The translations under genes and the position numbers were made by a program. 64,000 nucleotides of DNA, taken from Octopus vulgaris (taxonomy: Eukaryota). How positions within the stretch are numbered: the stretch's first letter is position 1; each line of letters begins with the position of its first letter. Location: the NCBI GenBank assembly GCA_951406725.2, contig OX597827.1, positions 66,402,001 to 66,466,000 on the forward strand, written 5' to 3'. Under the pieces are notes generated by a model. The model did not search any database. It was not told the DNA's origin and saw only the letters and a list, made by a program, of their open reading frames with translations. Positions 12,866-26,198 of the stretch are shown here, piece by piece.

Positions 12866-13414
12866 AGACAGAAAATCAGTGAATCAGTTGTATGGTTATT
12901 TATAAAGGAAAAGACAGATAGACTTTTGAGTATAAGTTTGAATGACATATTCCTAGCAAGAGTTGAAGTATATCTCCAGAGGTGAATGTCCTCCTTCAAG
13001 ATATATTCCTACCTACATTCATACATACACATACACCACGCACTCATACACACACACGCGTGCGCACCCACACACGCATACAAACCTCACACTCAAAACG
13101 TATAATGAACAAACAACCCCGGCAATTCTTCTGCGATAATTAGTTTCTCTGACGTAGCTATTCTTTCGCTAGGCTGATTTTTATGAAATACCTTTTATTT
13201 TCTCGCTTCATTTTTTTTGTTACTTTTAAACAGTTTGTTTCTTTTTTTGTTTTTTAAATGAATTCACTGATGATAGGTTTCCATGGACAGAATCCAACGA
13301 ATTGCTTACGGCGTTAATGATTTACAATAACGAGACCAATCCACCAATAATATGTCATAAAGTGTTGTTCTCTGAAGAACCTTGTCGTTGAAAGCTTTAA
13401 AATCAAAAGAAATT

Positions 13415-13582
13415 GGACATAGGAGTGGCTCTGTGGTAAGTAGCTTGATTACGAACCACATGGTTTCGGGTACAGTCCCACTGCGTGGCATCTTGGGCGA
13501 GTGTCTTCTGCTATAGCCCCGGGCCGACCAATGTCTTGTGAGTGGATTTGGTAGACGGAAACGGAAAGAAGCCTGTCGTATA

Positions 13583-13635
<53 letters not shown>

Positions 13636-13852
13636 GTGTGTGTGTTTGTGTGTCTGTGTTTGTCCCCCTAGCATTGCTTGACAACTGATGCTGGTGTGTT
13701 TACGTCCCCGTCACTTAGCGGTTCGGCAAAAAGCGACCGATAGAATAAGTACTGGGCTTACAAAGAATAAGTTCCGGGGTCGATTTGCTCGACTAAAGGC
13801 GGTGCTCCAGCATGGCCGCAGTCAAATGACTGAAACAAGTAAAAGAGTAAAG
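13415..13852 (+). mobile_element. SINE family C, full length
   Basis: tRNA-like head aggagtggctctgtggtaagtagc...gggtacagtccc, internal (TA)n(TG)n, and 3' ggcggtgctccagcatggccgcagtcaaatgactgaaaca plus agtaaaagagtaaa. Confidence 0.92.
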
Positions 13853-14135
13853 ATTATTTCATTTTTGTACCGAGTATATCTCCGCTAGACGGGAACAAGT
13901 GTCAGGACAATACTCCTGACATTTCACGTTTTGTGTCACGCTGACCTTTCTTGAGAATCACATTAATGGTACACGTAAAGTAGAGTTCTAAGCGACTTGC
14001 ACGTTAATTCCGCGAGCTGGTTGTTTCGGTCTTCAAATCAGTTGGTACACTCGGCGTTGTGATTCAACGTAACATCAGTCTATATTATTTTGACTTAATA
14101 GTATTAAAATACGAAAGCAGTGCCGATGACCACTT

Positions 14136-15775
14136 ACTTTGCAAATATACAACAAATTGTCGCCGCTGGAATGTCTTTGCGCATCACTGAATATCACTCG
14201 CTCGTTTGCCTGGGCGAAATTCGAAGAGTAAAGAATATAAACATAGATAAACTTAGATATGTTTCGACCAAAGATTGGTCCAGGCCATGTCTAACTTAAT
14301 AGCACCACCTGATAGGATTATGCGAATCCTGTTTAAGGCAACTTTTGTTCAAGTAGTGAGTTCTTGTTGGGTGAGTTGTATCAAGTTTTGTTCAAGTAGT
14401 GAGTTCTTGTTGGGTGAGTTGTATCCAATTATGGGTGGCTTATCTGGTATTCTTTGAAGGAATCTATCCTGACTCCGTTTAAAGTTGATGGGATCCTTTT
14501 CCTCTTTGATCTCCTTCGGGACAATGTTAAATAGGGCAGGGCCTGTTGAGGAAAAGAAATTATGTTGCAGTGTACATGTATGTTGTGATCTTGAACTGGG
14601 CAGGGGTCCCAGTCTTGGATGAACCTTGAAGCTAATGTTAAGGTCGTTTGGGCAAAGTTGGCGGTATATTCTCCACATCGTACAAATGAGGTACCGCTCA
14701 CGGCGACGCTGGAGGGAGTAAAGTTTCAAGGCTTTAAGGCGATCCCAATAATCGAGAGCGGCCATGCCTTCAATTCGTTTAGTGAGTGCCCTCTCGGGAG
14801 ACTCAATTCTGGAGATGTTTTGTCTTGTATGGGGAAACCACAGTGGGCAGTAGTATTCAAGGTGTGGCCGTACAAGGGAGGAAAAAAGTGGTATGATGAC
14901 ACCTAGTTCTCTGGACCGGAAAGTTCTTAAGATCCTGGAACTCATCCTACGAGCTATATCGACCTTCTTGTTGATGTGTGCACTCCAACTGAGATCGTCA
15001 TCAACAATTACACCCAGGTCTCTGATATTGTTAGAGGCTGCGAGCGGTTCCCCTGAAGGAAGAGAGTATGGTTGTTTTAGTGAGGAATTTCTTCCAAAAT
15101 GCATCAGCTCAAATTTTCCCTCATTCAGTTGCATTTTGTTTCTGTCTGCCCATTGACTTACGGCATATAGATCAGACTGGAGTTGAGTTCGGTCTGCTTC
15201 TTCATTGACGATTTGCTGGAGCTTAGTGTCATCAGCAAATATTTTCACTTTGCAGTAATGTACGACACTGGAAAGGTCGTTTATGTAAATTATGAAGAGT
15301 AGCGGACCCAAAACAGTCCAGGAATATTTTATTCACGTTAAATTGGAAAAAGAAAATTATATTCGAAAAGTCGTACTATACGTCTATTCAGAATTTGTCT
15401 GTTACTTTATGCCAGTTCAAAATATCCTGTAGTCTTATTAGGATCTCTCATCAAACGTGTCTACATCAATTTGACCAATTTCTGAGAAATAGGCAGCTAT
15501 TTTGTGTATATACTCTACAATTCTTGTAGCAACAGGGAACTGGAGTTAATGATATGCATGTAAGAATGTTTAGTTTCAAAGAATACAAACGAATGCAGAG
15601 GGAGGTCGTTATTGACAATGAAATTACCAGTAAGGATAATATGGAAAGTGTTTAATGGAAGGATCTGGACGAAGCGGAATCTGCACCACGAATGTATGAC
15701 ACTGTTAATGGTAGATGATGAAGTTAATACAGAAAAAAAATAAACAAGTACAGCAAACGAACTTTTCATTTTGTA
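14136..15775 (+). repeat. Local duplication, copy A (interrupted by the LINE)
   Basis: 14136-14240 plus 15321-15775 align colinearly to 16932-17502. Confidence 0.9.
14241..15320 (-). mobile_element. 5'-truncated CR1/L2-group LINE (reverse transcriptase C-terminal part plus 3' UTR)
   Basis: ORF 14349..15311 has GPLLFIIYINDL, FADDTKL, IRDLGVIVD, LVRPHLEY and LYSLQRRRERY. Boundaries are fixed by the uninterrupted paralogous site near 17037. Confidence 0.95.
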
Positions 15776-16515
15776 TTAAAGAGTAAAATAACTTACTCTC
15801 CTCAAATCGGAGACCATAACTGATTGCTTGCAACAGAGTAGACTGTACCGAAAGAATTCAATGTAATAGGCAGGAATGTTGAACCGAGGAAAAGCTTAAG
15901 ACAATAGCTGAGAAAATGCAAAGTATTTTTGTTACGTAAAACACGTTTATTGGTGGTTCTGTGCTAGCTGAATACTGAAAGAGGACAATCAAATACAATC
16001 GCAGTAGCAAGCTAGACGAAACTAATTAATACAATACATTTAGAATTAAACACACAGCTACTATTCTAATATCAATAGAGATTTCGTAGACTCTAAATAT
16101 TTCAGAAATGAACACCGTATTCGAATTTTCGAACAGAGCAGCAATTGCTTTTAATAATATGTTCTCGGTAAACATTTATGTTCATAATTCCACACACTTC
16201 TATTCATTTAAGAAGACTGAGAGCTGGCAATTAACAGCTGTTGGTCTCCTCCTACTTTTAGCTCGAAGAATATCTGATTTGATTAATTTCACATTATACA
16301 TGTATCAAGTATCCATAGATTTCTTGAGTGGTGTATATTTCCTTGTCTTCTGTATCATTATTGGCATTTAATACATGGTCAGCATCAAGTGAAATTTCCA
16401 TAGAATTTAAAACGTGATCCAAAGTAATGGTGGACAGCTACTCAAAATGTAATGAATATGCGTGCATATATGTATATATATACATGCGCGTATGTGTGTG
16501 TGTGCGCACGTACAT

Positions 16516-16546
<31 letters not shown>

Positions 16547-16578
16547 CATATCCCTCTCTCTCTCTCTCTCTCTCTATG

Positions 16579-16632
<54 letters not shown>

Positions 16633-16931
16633 TATGAATATATATGCACGTGTATGTATGTACACATGCATATATATATATATATACGTATATATGTATA
16701 TATGTATATATATATATATATGTGTGTGTGTATGTGTACCTGTGTATGTATGTATATGTATGTATTTATATTCACATACACACACACACACTCAAATATT
16801 GTTTAATAAGACTTTGATTGAGTTACATGAAACCTTAAGTTTCGAATCAATCTCTTATAAACCAATGTATGTAAATCGTACTAAATATGCTGAGAGTTTC
16901 TATCGTTTGTCCTCGCACTCGTTAAAGATAA

Positions 16932-17502
16932 ACTTTACAAATATACGAGAGGTTGTCGCCACTGGAATGTCGTTGCGCATCACTGAATATCACACGCTCG
17001 TTTGCTTGGGCGAAATTCGAAGAGTAAAGATTATAAGGAATATTTTCATCACGTTAAATTGGAAAAAAGAAAATTATATTCCAAAAGTCGTACTTATGCG
17101 TCTATTCATAATTCGTCTGTCATTTAATGCCAGTTTAAAATATATTGTAATCTTATTAGGGCCTCATCAAACGTGTCTACATCAATTTGAGCAATTACAG
17201 AGAAATAGGCATTCTGTTTATATACTCTACAATTCCTGTAGCAACAGGGAACTGGCGTTAATAATATGCATGTTGTAAGAATTTTTAGGTTCAAAGAAAA
17301 GTGGAATACAGATGGAGGTTGTTACTGACAATGAAATTACCAGTAAGGATAATATAGAAAGTGTCTCTTGGAAGGATCTGTGGGGAATGAAGCCAGGACG
17401 AAGCAGAATCTGCACCACGATTGTACGACACTCCTAATGGTTAATGATGAAGGTAATGCAGAGAAAAAAAGCAAGTACAGTAAACGAACTTTTCATTTTG
17501 TA
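16932..17502 (+). repeat. Local duplication, copy B (uninterrupted)
   Basis: Shares ggaatgtc..tgcgcatcactgaatatcac, cacgttaaattggaaaaa and aacgaacttttcattttgta with copy A. Confidence 0.9.
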
Positions 17503-18009
17503 CCAAATATTTGATAAGAAAATGTGAAGACTCTTGTCTCAGAAAATGATAGCCTCGCGTCGCCCCAACGCTATATGAGTCTTATTTACTAGGTGAAGAC
17601 GTGGCTCTAAGAGAAAATAGAACTGACATTTCTCCCCACCGGAAATATTTGAGTACCAAAGCATTTTTATGTAGCTCAAGTCAAAGGCTGACACGCCAGT
17701 TTTGTATTTGCTGTTTGCCAGCGTTTATCTCTCATTCCACTTCCGTACATGCGTACAATAATACATGCATATACATGTACGTACGTGTATAAATCACGCT
17801 GTAGATTAGACCTGAAACGCTTCTTTTCAATTCAAAATATATTTACTTAAAGTTATTTACATTAAAAACATTTGTTAATTGGTGTTCGTTATAGCCGAGA
17901 ATAATTGCAACAAGAACAACAACAGAAAGGCGGTCGCTTTACAAGTTAAGTGAAATCTGCTCAAAAATCCTTGACTCATGTCACAGTGGAATAATGGAAA
18001 ATGTTTTAT

Positions 18010-18225
18010 TGGTTTCAAATTTTAACACAATGCCAGCAATTTCCGGGAGAGGGAAAGGTGACAACGTTGACGCGAATATCCAGCTGGTACTTAGTTTATC
18101 GACTTTGAAAGGATGAAAGGCAAAGTTGACCACGACTGCATTTGAAATCAGAGTGTACATTCTGAAGAAATGCCGCTAAGCAGTTTTTCCGGCACGGTCT
18201 CGATTATGACAACATACCACCTTAA
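18010..18225 (-). mobile_element. Degenerate SINE family B
   Basis: ctggtacttagtttatcgactttgaaaggatgaaaggcaaagttgacc is the family B core reverse complement. Confidence 0.7.
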
Positions 18226-18740
18226 ACTGATAATAAATACTTTAAAAATCGACATTAGGTTTAGGATTAAGATCAAGGTTTTGAGATGTAGGGATTACTC
18301 GATATCATCGAATCCAGTAATTGACAGATTAATTATAGAATCAACAGCGGGTGGATAAAAGCAAAATTGACAGCAAAAAGAGTTGTACTAAGAATGATTT
18401 TGCCACATTGACGTTTTATAAAACGATATCAAATATTATTATTATTTAGAATATTTTAAAAATGGGATTAGTTATTCAGTTGAGCTGCATTTAGAATATG
18501 TGCTTACTCTAGAGAGCGCTTGGGATTTGCAACTCATTAATAAAATAAGATATCTACTCTTTTAATAATATCATTACATAATGATAAATTTAATATGTAT
18601 CAGAGAATTGTCGAGAATAATAGCATATTTAAATTTTGCTAAAGAAATACATTTAGGAAAAGGATTTTGTTTTTGCTAAAATATTTCATTTAGACTCAAT
18701 TCTATTAAGAAGATGGCTCTGTTTAAAAGTTTATATATAT

Positions 18741-18893
18741 TGTGTGGTAAGTAGCTTGCTTATCAACCACATGGTTCCGTGTTCCGTCCTACTGCGTGGC
18801 ATCTTGGGCAAGTGTCTTCTGCTATAGCCCCGGGCCGACCAATGTCTTGTGAGTGGATTTGGTAGACGGAAACTGAAAGAAGCCTGTCGTATA

Positions 18894-18964
<71 letters not shown>

Positions 18965-19200
18965 ATATGTTTGTGTGTCTGTGTTTGTCCCCCCCACCAT
19001 CGCTTGACAACCAACGCTGGTGTGTTTACGTCCCCGTCACTTAGCGGTTCGGCAAAAAGAGACCGATAGAATAAGTACTGGGCTTACAAAGAATAAGCCC
19101 CGGGGTCGATTTGCTCGACTAAAGGCGGTGCTCCAGCATGGCCGCAGTCAAATGACTGAAACAAGTAAAAGAGTAAAGAGTAAAAGAGAGTAAAAGAGTA
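18741..19200 (+). mobile_element. SINE family C, near full length
   Basis: Highly similar to 13415-13852, with a tail of gagtaaa(a) repeats. Confidence 0.92.
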
Positions 19201-19252
19201 TATGTGCGTGTGTGTGTGTGTGTATACATATGCTTACATGCTTATATGTATT

Positions 19253-19289
<37 letters not shown>

Positions 19290-19686
19290 ATAAGAAAATT
19301 ATTTTTCATTTAAAGTTAACGAATATATATGAGGTCATATAGAAGTAGCTAGAGACTAAAAATGAGATAGGTTAGCAAGAACCAACCTAGAAAAAGAAAT
19401 ATGAGATATAGGTCACATTCAAAGTAAAGTCCTTAAAAATTAATCAAACTCAAGTGAAAATCTACTGGGAATAATCAAGAGATAAACTATCAAATTTTAT
19501 TCTATATTATCTAAATCAAATTCAGAAGCTTATAAAACTAATTTGTTAGTAAATGATAAATATGAACCTAGGTTTTATTTTGTTTTTGTCTAAATAAATG
19601 TCACATAACTCTAAATTATTATCTTCTGCCGGGAACAGTTCATATTACTCATTATGATATTATATATATATATATATATATATATA

Positions 19687-19890
19687 GTTAATCCAAACAA
19701 GAAAACACAGAAAGAAAGAGAAAAAAAAACACAGCAACGCGAGGACGTGGAACAATTAAAGTATTATTGACGCTCAGGAAAGAAGGGAAGGAGGGTCTAA
19801 CGTTTCGAGCGGAGCTCTTCGTCGGAAACAAGAAGGAAAGATCCCAAGAAGGGAAGACAGAGGAAAAAATATTTTAGCTGGTGGTGCTCA
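19687..19890 (-). mobile_element. Penelope-like terminal repeat fragment with hammerhead-like motif
   Basis: Inverted copy of 22670-22875. Minus strand reads gttt-CCGACGA-a-GAGC-tcc-GCTC-GAAA-C-GTT. Confidence 0.6.
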
Positions 19891-20141
19891 AGAGATCCCA
19901 TATATATGTATATATGTATTCATATATATATATAAATATATATATATATATCTATATGTTTATATATATATATGTGTGTGTGTGTGTATCTTCATATGTG
20001 TATTTACGTTTGTGTGTACGTGCGTGTTTAAGCGTCTATGGGTGCATGCATGCATGTATGTATGTACCTATATGTAGCTAAATATCGAACTACATATTTA
20101 AGTGTGTGTATGTAATACGGCAAGGTATATTTCATTGCAAT

Positions 20142-20172
<31 letters not shown>

Positions 20173-20503
20173 CGCGCGTGCACGCGTACACACTCGTACA
20201 CACATAACCACACACACACTAATTCACTCACTCTCATATAAACTTACACAGAAATACATTTTAACGCCAACGTATTAATTTCGATGAAAAAATATTATCA
20301 GATTGTCAGAGACAAAACAAATATTTTTCTCCGAAGATTACAAATATCAAACATATAAGTGATTTTCAAAGATCTACTGAACGTCAGCAAGACCTTGGAA
20401 TTTATATAAGACGCCAATATATTTCACAGTGAAACGAAAAGAAATATTAATGGGATAACTTTTTCTGTATTTGTCTCTTTGTTATTACATTTGTTATTAC
20501 ATA

Positions 20504-20895
20504 TTTATATATAAAAGTCAAGTTGTGTGTCTGTCTCCTACGATTTAGATTCCTAACTACTCCCACATTTTGCGGTGCAGTTTAACCAAAACCGGGTATC
20601 TTATAGTCGTGATTCATATCGAGCCCTTCTGGGTATTAGCGCGCGTCTACGATGAGTCTACGATTAAAAAAAAAATTACCATCATTTTTTCCATTTTAAT
20701 GCATTTTTTCGCTATTATATAAGGGAAGTAACTCTCTAAAAATGTCTACGATGAGTCAACGATTTAAAAAAACATTTACTATAATTTTTTCCCATTTTTA
20801 ATGCATTTTTTGCTATTTTTTGGCTATAACTCTCTAAAAATGCTTATATAGTTATTCCCCTTACAAACCCGAGCAAAGCCGGGCGATACTGCTAG
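20504..20895 (+). mobile_element. Non-autonomous Helitron
   Basis: 5' a|tttatatataaaagtc (TC start decayed), 3' hairpin cccgagcaaagccggg then CTAG|T. Contains an internal ~100 bp tandem duplication. Confidence 0.8.
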
Positions 20896-21221
20896 TTTTA
20901 TTCATAAAATTTCTTTCTCTTTTAATCTAGCATTGTATTTTATGCATCCTGCAATCATTTGCATAGGATATATGAACGACGCATACGAAATTGGTGAGCA
21001 GTGTAAGAATGTGTGCATCTTTCCAGCCGTTGCATTTCCTTTCCCGTTTCAATCGATATCTACCCGAAACATTTCTGATGACGTCTTTAAAGAATTATAG
21101 TTTGGAACTCAACACCTCTTGAAAAACTCTTCCTTTCAGCAGCTTCGACAGTCTATACTTTATATATTTATATACATACATACATACATACAGACAGACA
21201 GACACACATATGTGTGTGTGC

Positions 21222-21275
<54 letters not shown>

Positions 21276-21361
21276 GTATCGATCTATAGATAGATAGATA
21301 TGTATACATGCGCATATATATATATATATAAATGCAGAAATACCCGAAGACACACATATGA

Positions 21362-21420
<59 letters not shown>

Positions 21421-21505
21421 TATATATATACGTGAATATATCTCAACTACAAAGTATATGTGTGTGCGTACTCGTACCACCATCTACATCACCCACACAC
21501 AAGCA

Positions 21506-21695
<190 letters not shown>

Positions 21696-22238
21696 CATAT
21701 GTAATGTATCTAAAGGGAACTGATCCGAAAGACACGAACAAGGATATATGCATGTTAAAGATATAAAACTGTAGCCTGAGAGAGAAAGTTAGTTTCCAAA
21801 GTGTTTCTTTCAGTTTCTAGACAAGCAATTGCATATGATGTGTAAGTGAAAAGAAACACTCGCATGTTTAATGGGTTTAGACAAGAGACTATGGGAAAGC
21901 ATGCGATAGCATACGTTTGACAACAGATTCTGATCAGTACTGCTGTGAAACGTCAACTCGGATATGGTATCTGTAAACGTGGAAATTGGTAATGAAATTA
22001 CTGAGCGAAATCCACCAAGGTGGATAACAGACGTAGCCCATGAAGTTTTTCTATGAGACAAAATTGCATTAAAGTCATGTATATTCTCTCTCCGTTTCTC
22101 TCTCATTCTCATTGTATATTATATTCGAAACTATTTCGTCCAGTACTTTCGATATATTTTCAAGACGACAGGAAGCTATTCGGCTGAGATCGAGTTGAGT
22201 CGCAGCTCCTAATGCATTAACATTATATAAATATATAG

Positions 22239-22366
22239 GTATGTATGTATGTATGTATGTATGTATGTATGTATGTATGTATGTATGTATGTATGTATGT
22301 ACGTACGTATGTATGTATGTATGTATGTATGTATGTATGTATGTATGTATGTATGTATGTATGTAT
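22239..22366. repeat. (TATG)n microsatellite
   Basis: Direct reading. Confidence 0.95.
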
Positions 22367-22617
22367 CAATGAATGAATGTATGTATGTAGAGAGATAGAC
22401 AGATAGATATGTCGATATAAATTATTAAGGTGACTATACGCAATTTACGAAAGAAAGGCAACAAGTATAGTCTTGAATAAAGCGACTGACGGTGCTTGTC
22501 AATACCACCATTGCTAGAAGTAAGAGTTGTTTTGTTTCTTATTTCTAGCAAAACTGGTCCTTATTAGCACCCTCAGTCACACTAGTTACATACATACATA
22601 CATACATATATATTCAT

Positions 22618-22654
<37 letters not shown>

Positions 22655-22669
22655 TTGTGTGTGACCTTG

Positions 22670-22875
22670 TGAGTACCGCTGGCGATTTTTTTCCCTCTGT
22701 CTTCCCTTCTCTGGATCTTTCCTTCTCCTATGTTTCCGACGAAGAGCTCCGCTCGAAACGTTAAACCCTCCTTCTTCCCTTCTTTCCTGACCGTCCAATA
22801 ATACTTTATTTGTTCCACGTCCTCGCGTTGTTGTGTTTTTTTGTTTTTTTTCGTGTTTTCTTGTTTGGATTAACT
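22670..22875 (+). mobile_element. Penelope-like terminal repeat fragment with hammerhead-like motif
   Basis: gttt-CCGACGA-a-GAGC-tcc-GCTC-GAAA-C-GTT-aaac at 22732-22766. Ends ttgtttggattaac next to (TA)n, like the copy at 19687. Confidence 0.6.
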
Positions 22876-23447
22876 ATATATATATATATATATATGTTTG
22901 TGTGTGTGTGTGTGTAATGAAAATTCAAACAGGTGAACACTTTGTACTCTATGTACGCTATGAACGTTCGCTCAATGACCTGGAATTCCAGAATATATAA
23001 GATGTTTATACTTGTATATGACTACATCTTAAACATTCTTACATTATCACGAATAATTTTATGATTTTATTTAAAATCTTGAATCCGTACATATTCTCTG
23101 ATGAAGGAAATCTGGATTACTGACGTTGAAAAGGAAAGAGCCGTAAGATTCTTTCCTATCTATTAGATTCGATTCAGGACATGTCTATTGGATTATTATG
23201 AACTGTCATCTCATCTGCTTCAGACATTTTGATTTGTCTGTATGTATTTATGCAAGTCTTCGTCCCACTTTGATTTGGGCACTGAATTACACTATAATAT
23301 GTATATTGTTATATGCTACATGTTTGCATATTTATAATGGCTTATATATACTATATACCCTTTGTGGTTGGCTTTGATGAGGAGCATTATTGGCCTTGAA
23401 ATTCGTCTCTACCTAATCAATACTTTGTATGTATGTATGTATGTATG

Positions 23448-23491
<44 letters not shown>

Positions 23492-25591
23492 CATGCACAC
23501 ACACATATACATACACACGTATATTTATATATCAACAAATATTTTTATGTGAATGCTGTCCCGGTTCTTTAAGGGCAGCAGTACTATGGGAGCATGTCTT
23601 TTAACAGCGCATGGTTGCATACAGCACATATTGGGGATTGCCTAATCGTGGTGTATGCCACCTTTGCGTCACTCAGGTAACAAACATCCAACCCATGAGT
23701 CTAATTTGTATAGACGATGATGATGATGCAGGTTTTGCTTTGTCAGAGTGCAAATCCTACCTCGACCTATTTTGATCACCTTTTACGGCGCACAGAGAAA
23801 ACATTGAGCTCATTCTTTAACATGCTGTTCCCCCAAAATAGCACTAATGCAACGTGAAAGGAAGAGTTTTGCTCAAGAACACAGCATGACAAAGTCCGGG
23901 AATCGAACCCACAGTCTAGCGATCTTGGGTGCAACAGCTTAACCGCTAAGCAACGTGGCTTTTTGTACTATATGTTATTAATCAAACGACATCTCTGAAA
24001 CTTCAACAACTAATCTCAATACGTCCAGCAAGTAGTCTATCATCTTGAAACTGTATCTTTCACCTCAATATATAATGATTTGCTGGAAGATAATTGGTGA
24101 CAAAACGGCAGTATTAATGTATATGTCTGGTTTATGTGCCACATGTTAATTAATGTTTATTTCCTGGAAAATAGAGAAAGGTGTATGATCGATGAAAGAT
24201 TGCAGGTCAATTAGTTTCGAACGATGTCTTCAGTTTCGAACGATGTCTTCACACGTACTCAATATATGGTCGGGGAAAAGTTGCCATAATACTAATAAGT
24301 TTGTAGATGGAGTTTTTCTCGTGTGAACTGAAATAAAAACAATTAAAGTGAAACGATACTGTTTTATGCTTTATTCCTCATTTCTAAAGCTAATCGGAAA
24401 TTGATGAAGGTGGTGGTACCAAGAGAATTTACGATATCTTAAGCATTCGGAGAACCAACTATATGCTTTCATTTCCATCAGTACCTGTTACAGAATGTGG
24501 ATTGAATGAAAGGTGAATTCCATTGTGAGTATTTCGTGTTGCTTCTTCTGTATTTAATGCCATTATCAGAATACAAATCTCTCTTTTAAGTTTTTGCATT
24601 AGACACTAATAACTGATGAACATTAAATTATCCGAAATTGATTCAAACCATGGAAATGACTGCAAAAATATTAATGTTGTTTACCCTCGAGGAAAGATAA
24701 CTGCACATTTAATTAATGAAACTTGTGATAATGAAATAAGGGCTAGAATATTTAAATTTGAGTGTTGGATATTTCTAGTGGATCTGAATATTAAGATAAA
24801 ACAAGAGATTTCTTTTTACTGGTGATGAATTATTTCTAAAGGAAAAGCATTGCACCCGGAGGTATCTCATTATTATAGAATATCTCCGACGTCTATCATT
24901 GTATTAGATGTTCGTTTCCAGTCCATTTTACTAATATGAAGTCTAAATGATTCTCATGAGCAATGCAAGATTTATTCGTTTAAGAGCAGATAATTTTGAA
25001 ATCCCTGCAGACAACATTTCTGAATACTGATAGAGGATGGATCTCATAATTCAAAATAAGATTTGTTGTCCAATGTTATGACTAATTTATTTCACTGGCA
25101 TTCCACGTTCACCAGCATGCAATAAAAAAACAAGAATATGTTTTCGATAATGAAGTACGTCAAAGCAAGCAGCGTTAATTCTTTGAAAGCGGGGAAGATG
25201 ATGAATAGATTATTTGTTGCAAACTAATCTATTATTTGCAATGATAAGGAATGTGGTGCTTGGGACTTCGGAGAAGAATGAATCGAAGTATGAATGATTG
25301 ACATGGAAGAAGGAGCCCTAAACAAAAGCATATTTAGGAAGATTTACAAACCGAAAAGCGAATCGCATTCTCTTTGAAATGGAAAGAGAACAAAAGAGAA
25401 AGTAATTATAGGAATTTACATACCGGTGAGATGTGTTTGATTGGTTAAGAAGCTAGGCGTACAGACACGTGGGACTGGGCTCAGTCTCAATGCATGTTAT
25501 GTTGAATAAATAACTTCTACCATAGCTCCAGCACGACCGTAGCCTTGTGAGTCAATCTGATTGACGGAAATTATGTGCGTGCCAGGCAATC

Positions 25592-25639
<48 letters not shown>

Positions 25640-25655
25640 CTATCTATATTTGTAT

Positions 25656-25766
<111 letters not shown>

Positions 25767-25844
25767 AGAAAACTAAAACAGATATAATTGGAAATTTTAT
25801 CGGTGAGGGTGTTAAATTATAAGGCACAAAATAAAATGACAGAA

Positions 25845-26197
25845 CAGAAATATATTAATATTTTTACCTTAAAATATTCTTCACGGCATAATCTCTAAAA
25901 CAGGTGCTCAACAACATAACACGGTACTAAAACAACATGATCTGAAATTGCTCTTTAAGAAGGACATTGATGATAATACTTTCTGCCACGAACACTCGGC
26001 CGGCGGTTGAGAGGAATTAGTTAAGATCGGTCCCTGCATACGACTGCTACATTATCATTACCGAAATGATCAAAGGCAAAGTCTACCCAGGCGGAATATG
26101 AATTCAGAAATTAAGAGACAAGGAATTCCATTACGCCCTTTACCCTGAGTAATAACAATGCTGCCAGTTTGCAGCCGCCTTAACAACAGTAACAAGT
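25845..26197 (-). repeat. Inverted local duplication, left arm (old SINE B plus unique flank)
   Basis: Reverse complement aligns to 28410-28741, e.g. accttaaaatattcttcacggcataatctc vs gagattatgccgtgaagaatattttaaggt. Confidence 0.88.
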
Positions 26198-26198
26198 A

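Noticed and set aside
23373-23407. Possible hammerhead (TTGATGA-GG...CCTT-GAAA-TTC-GTC)
   Set aside because: First box altered, stem II weak and no clear stem I, so it could be chance.
24213-24251. Direct repeat agttt(c)cgaacgatgtcttca x2, considered as CRISPR-like
   Set aside because: Only two adjacent units with no spacers in eukaryotic DNA, so a simple slippage duplication.
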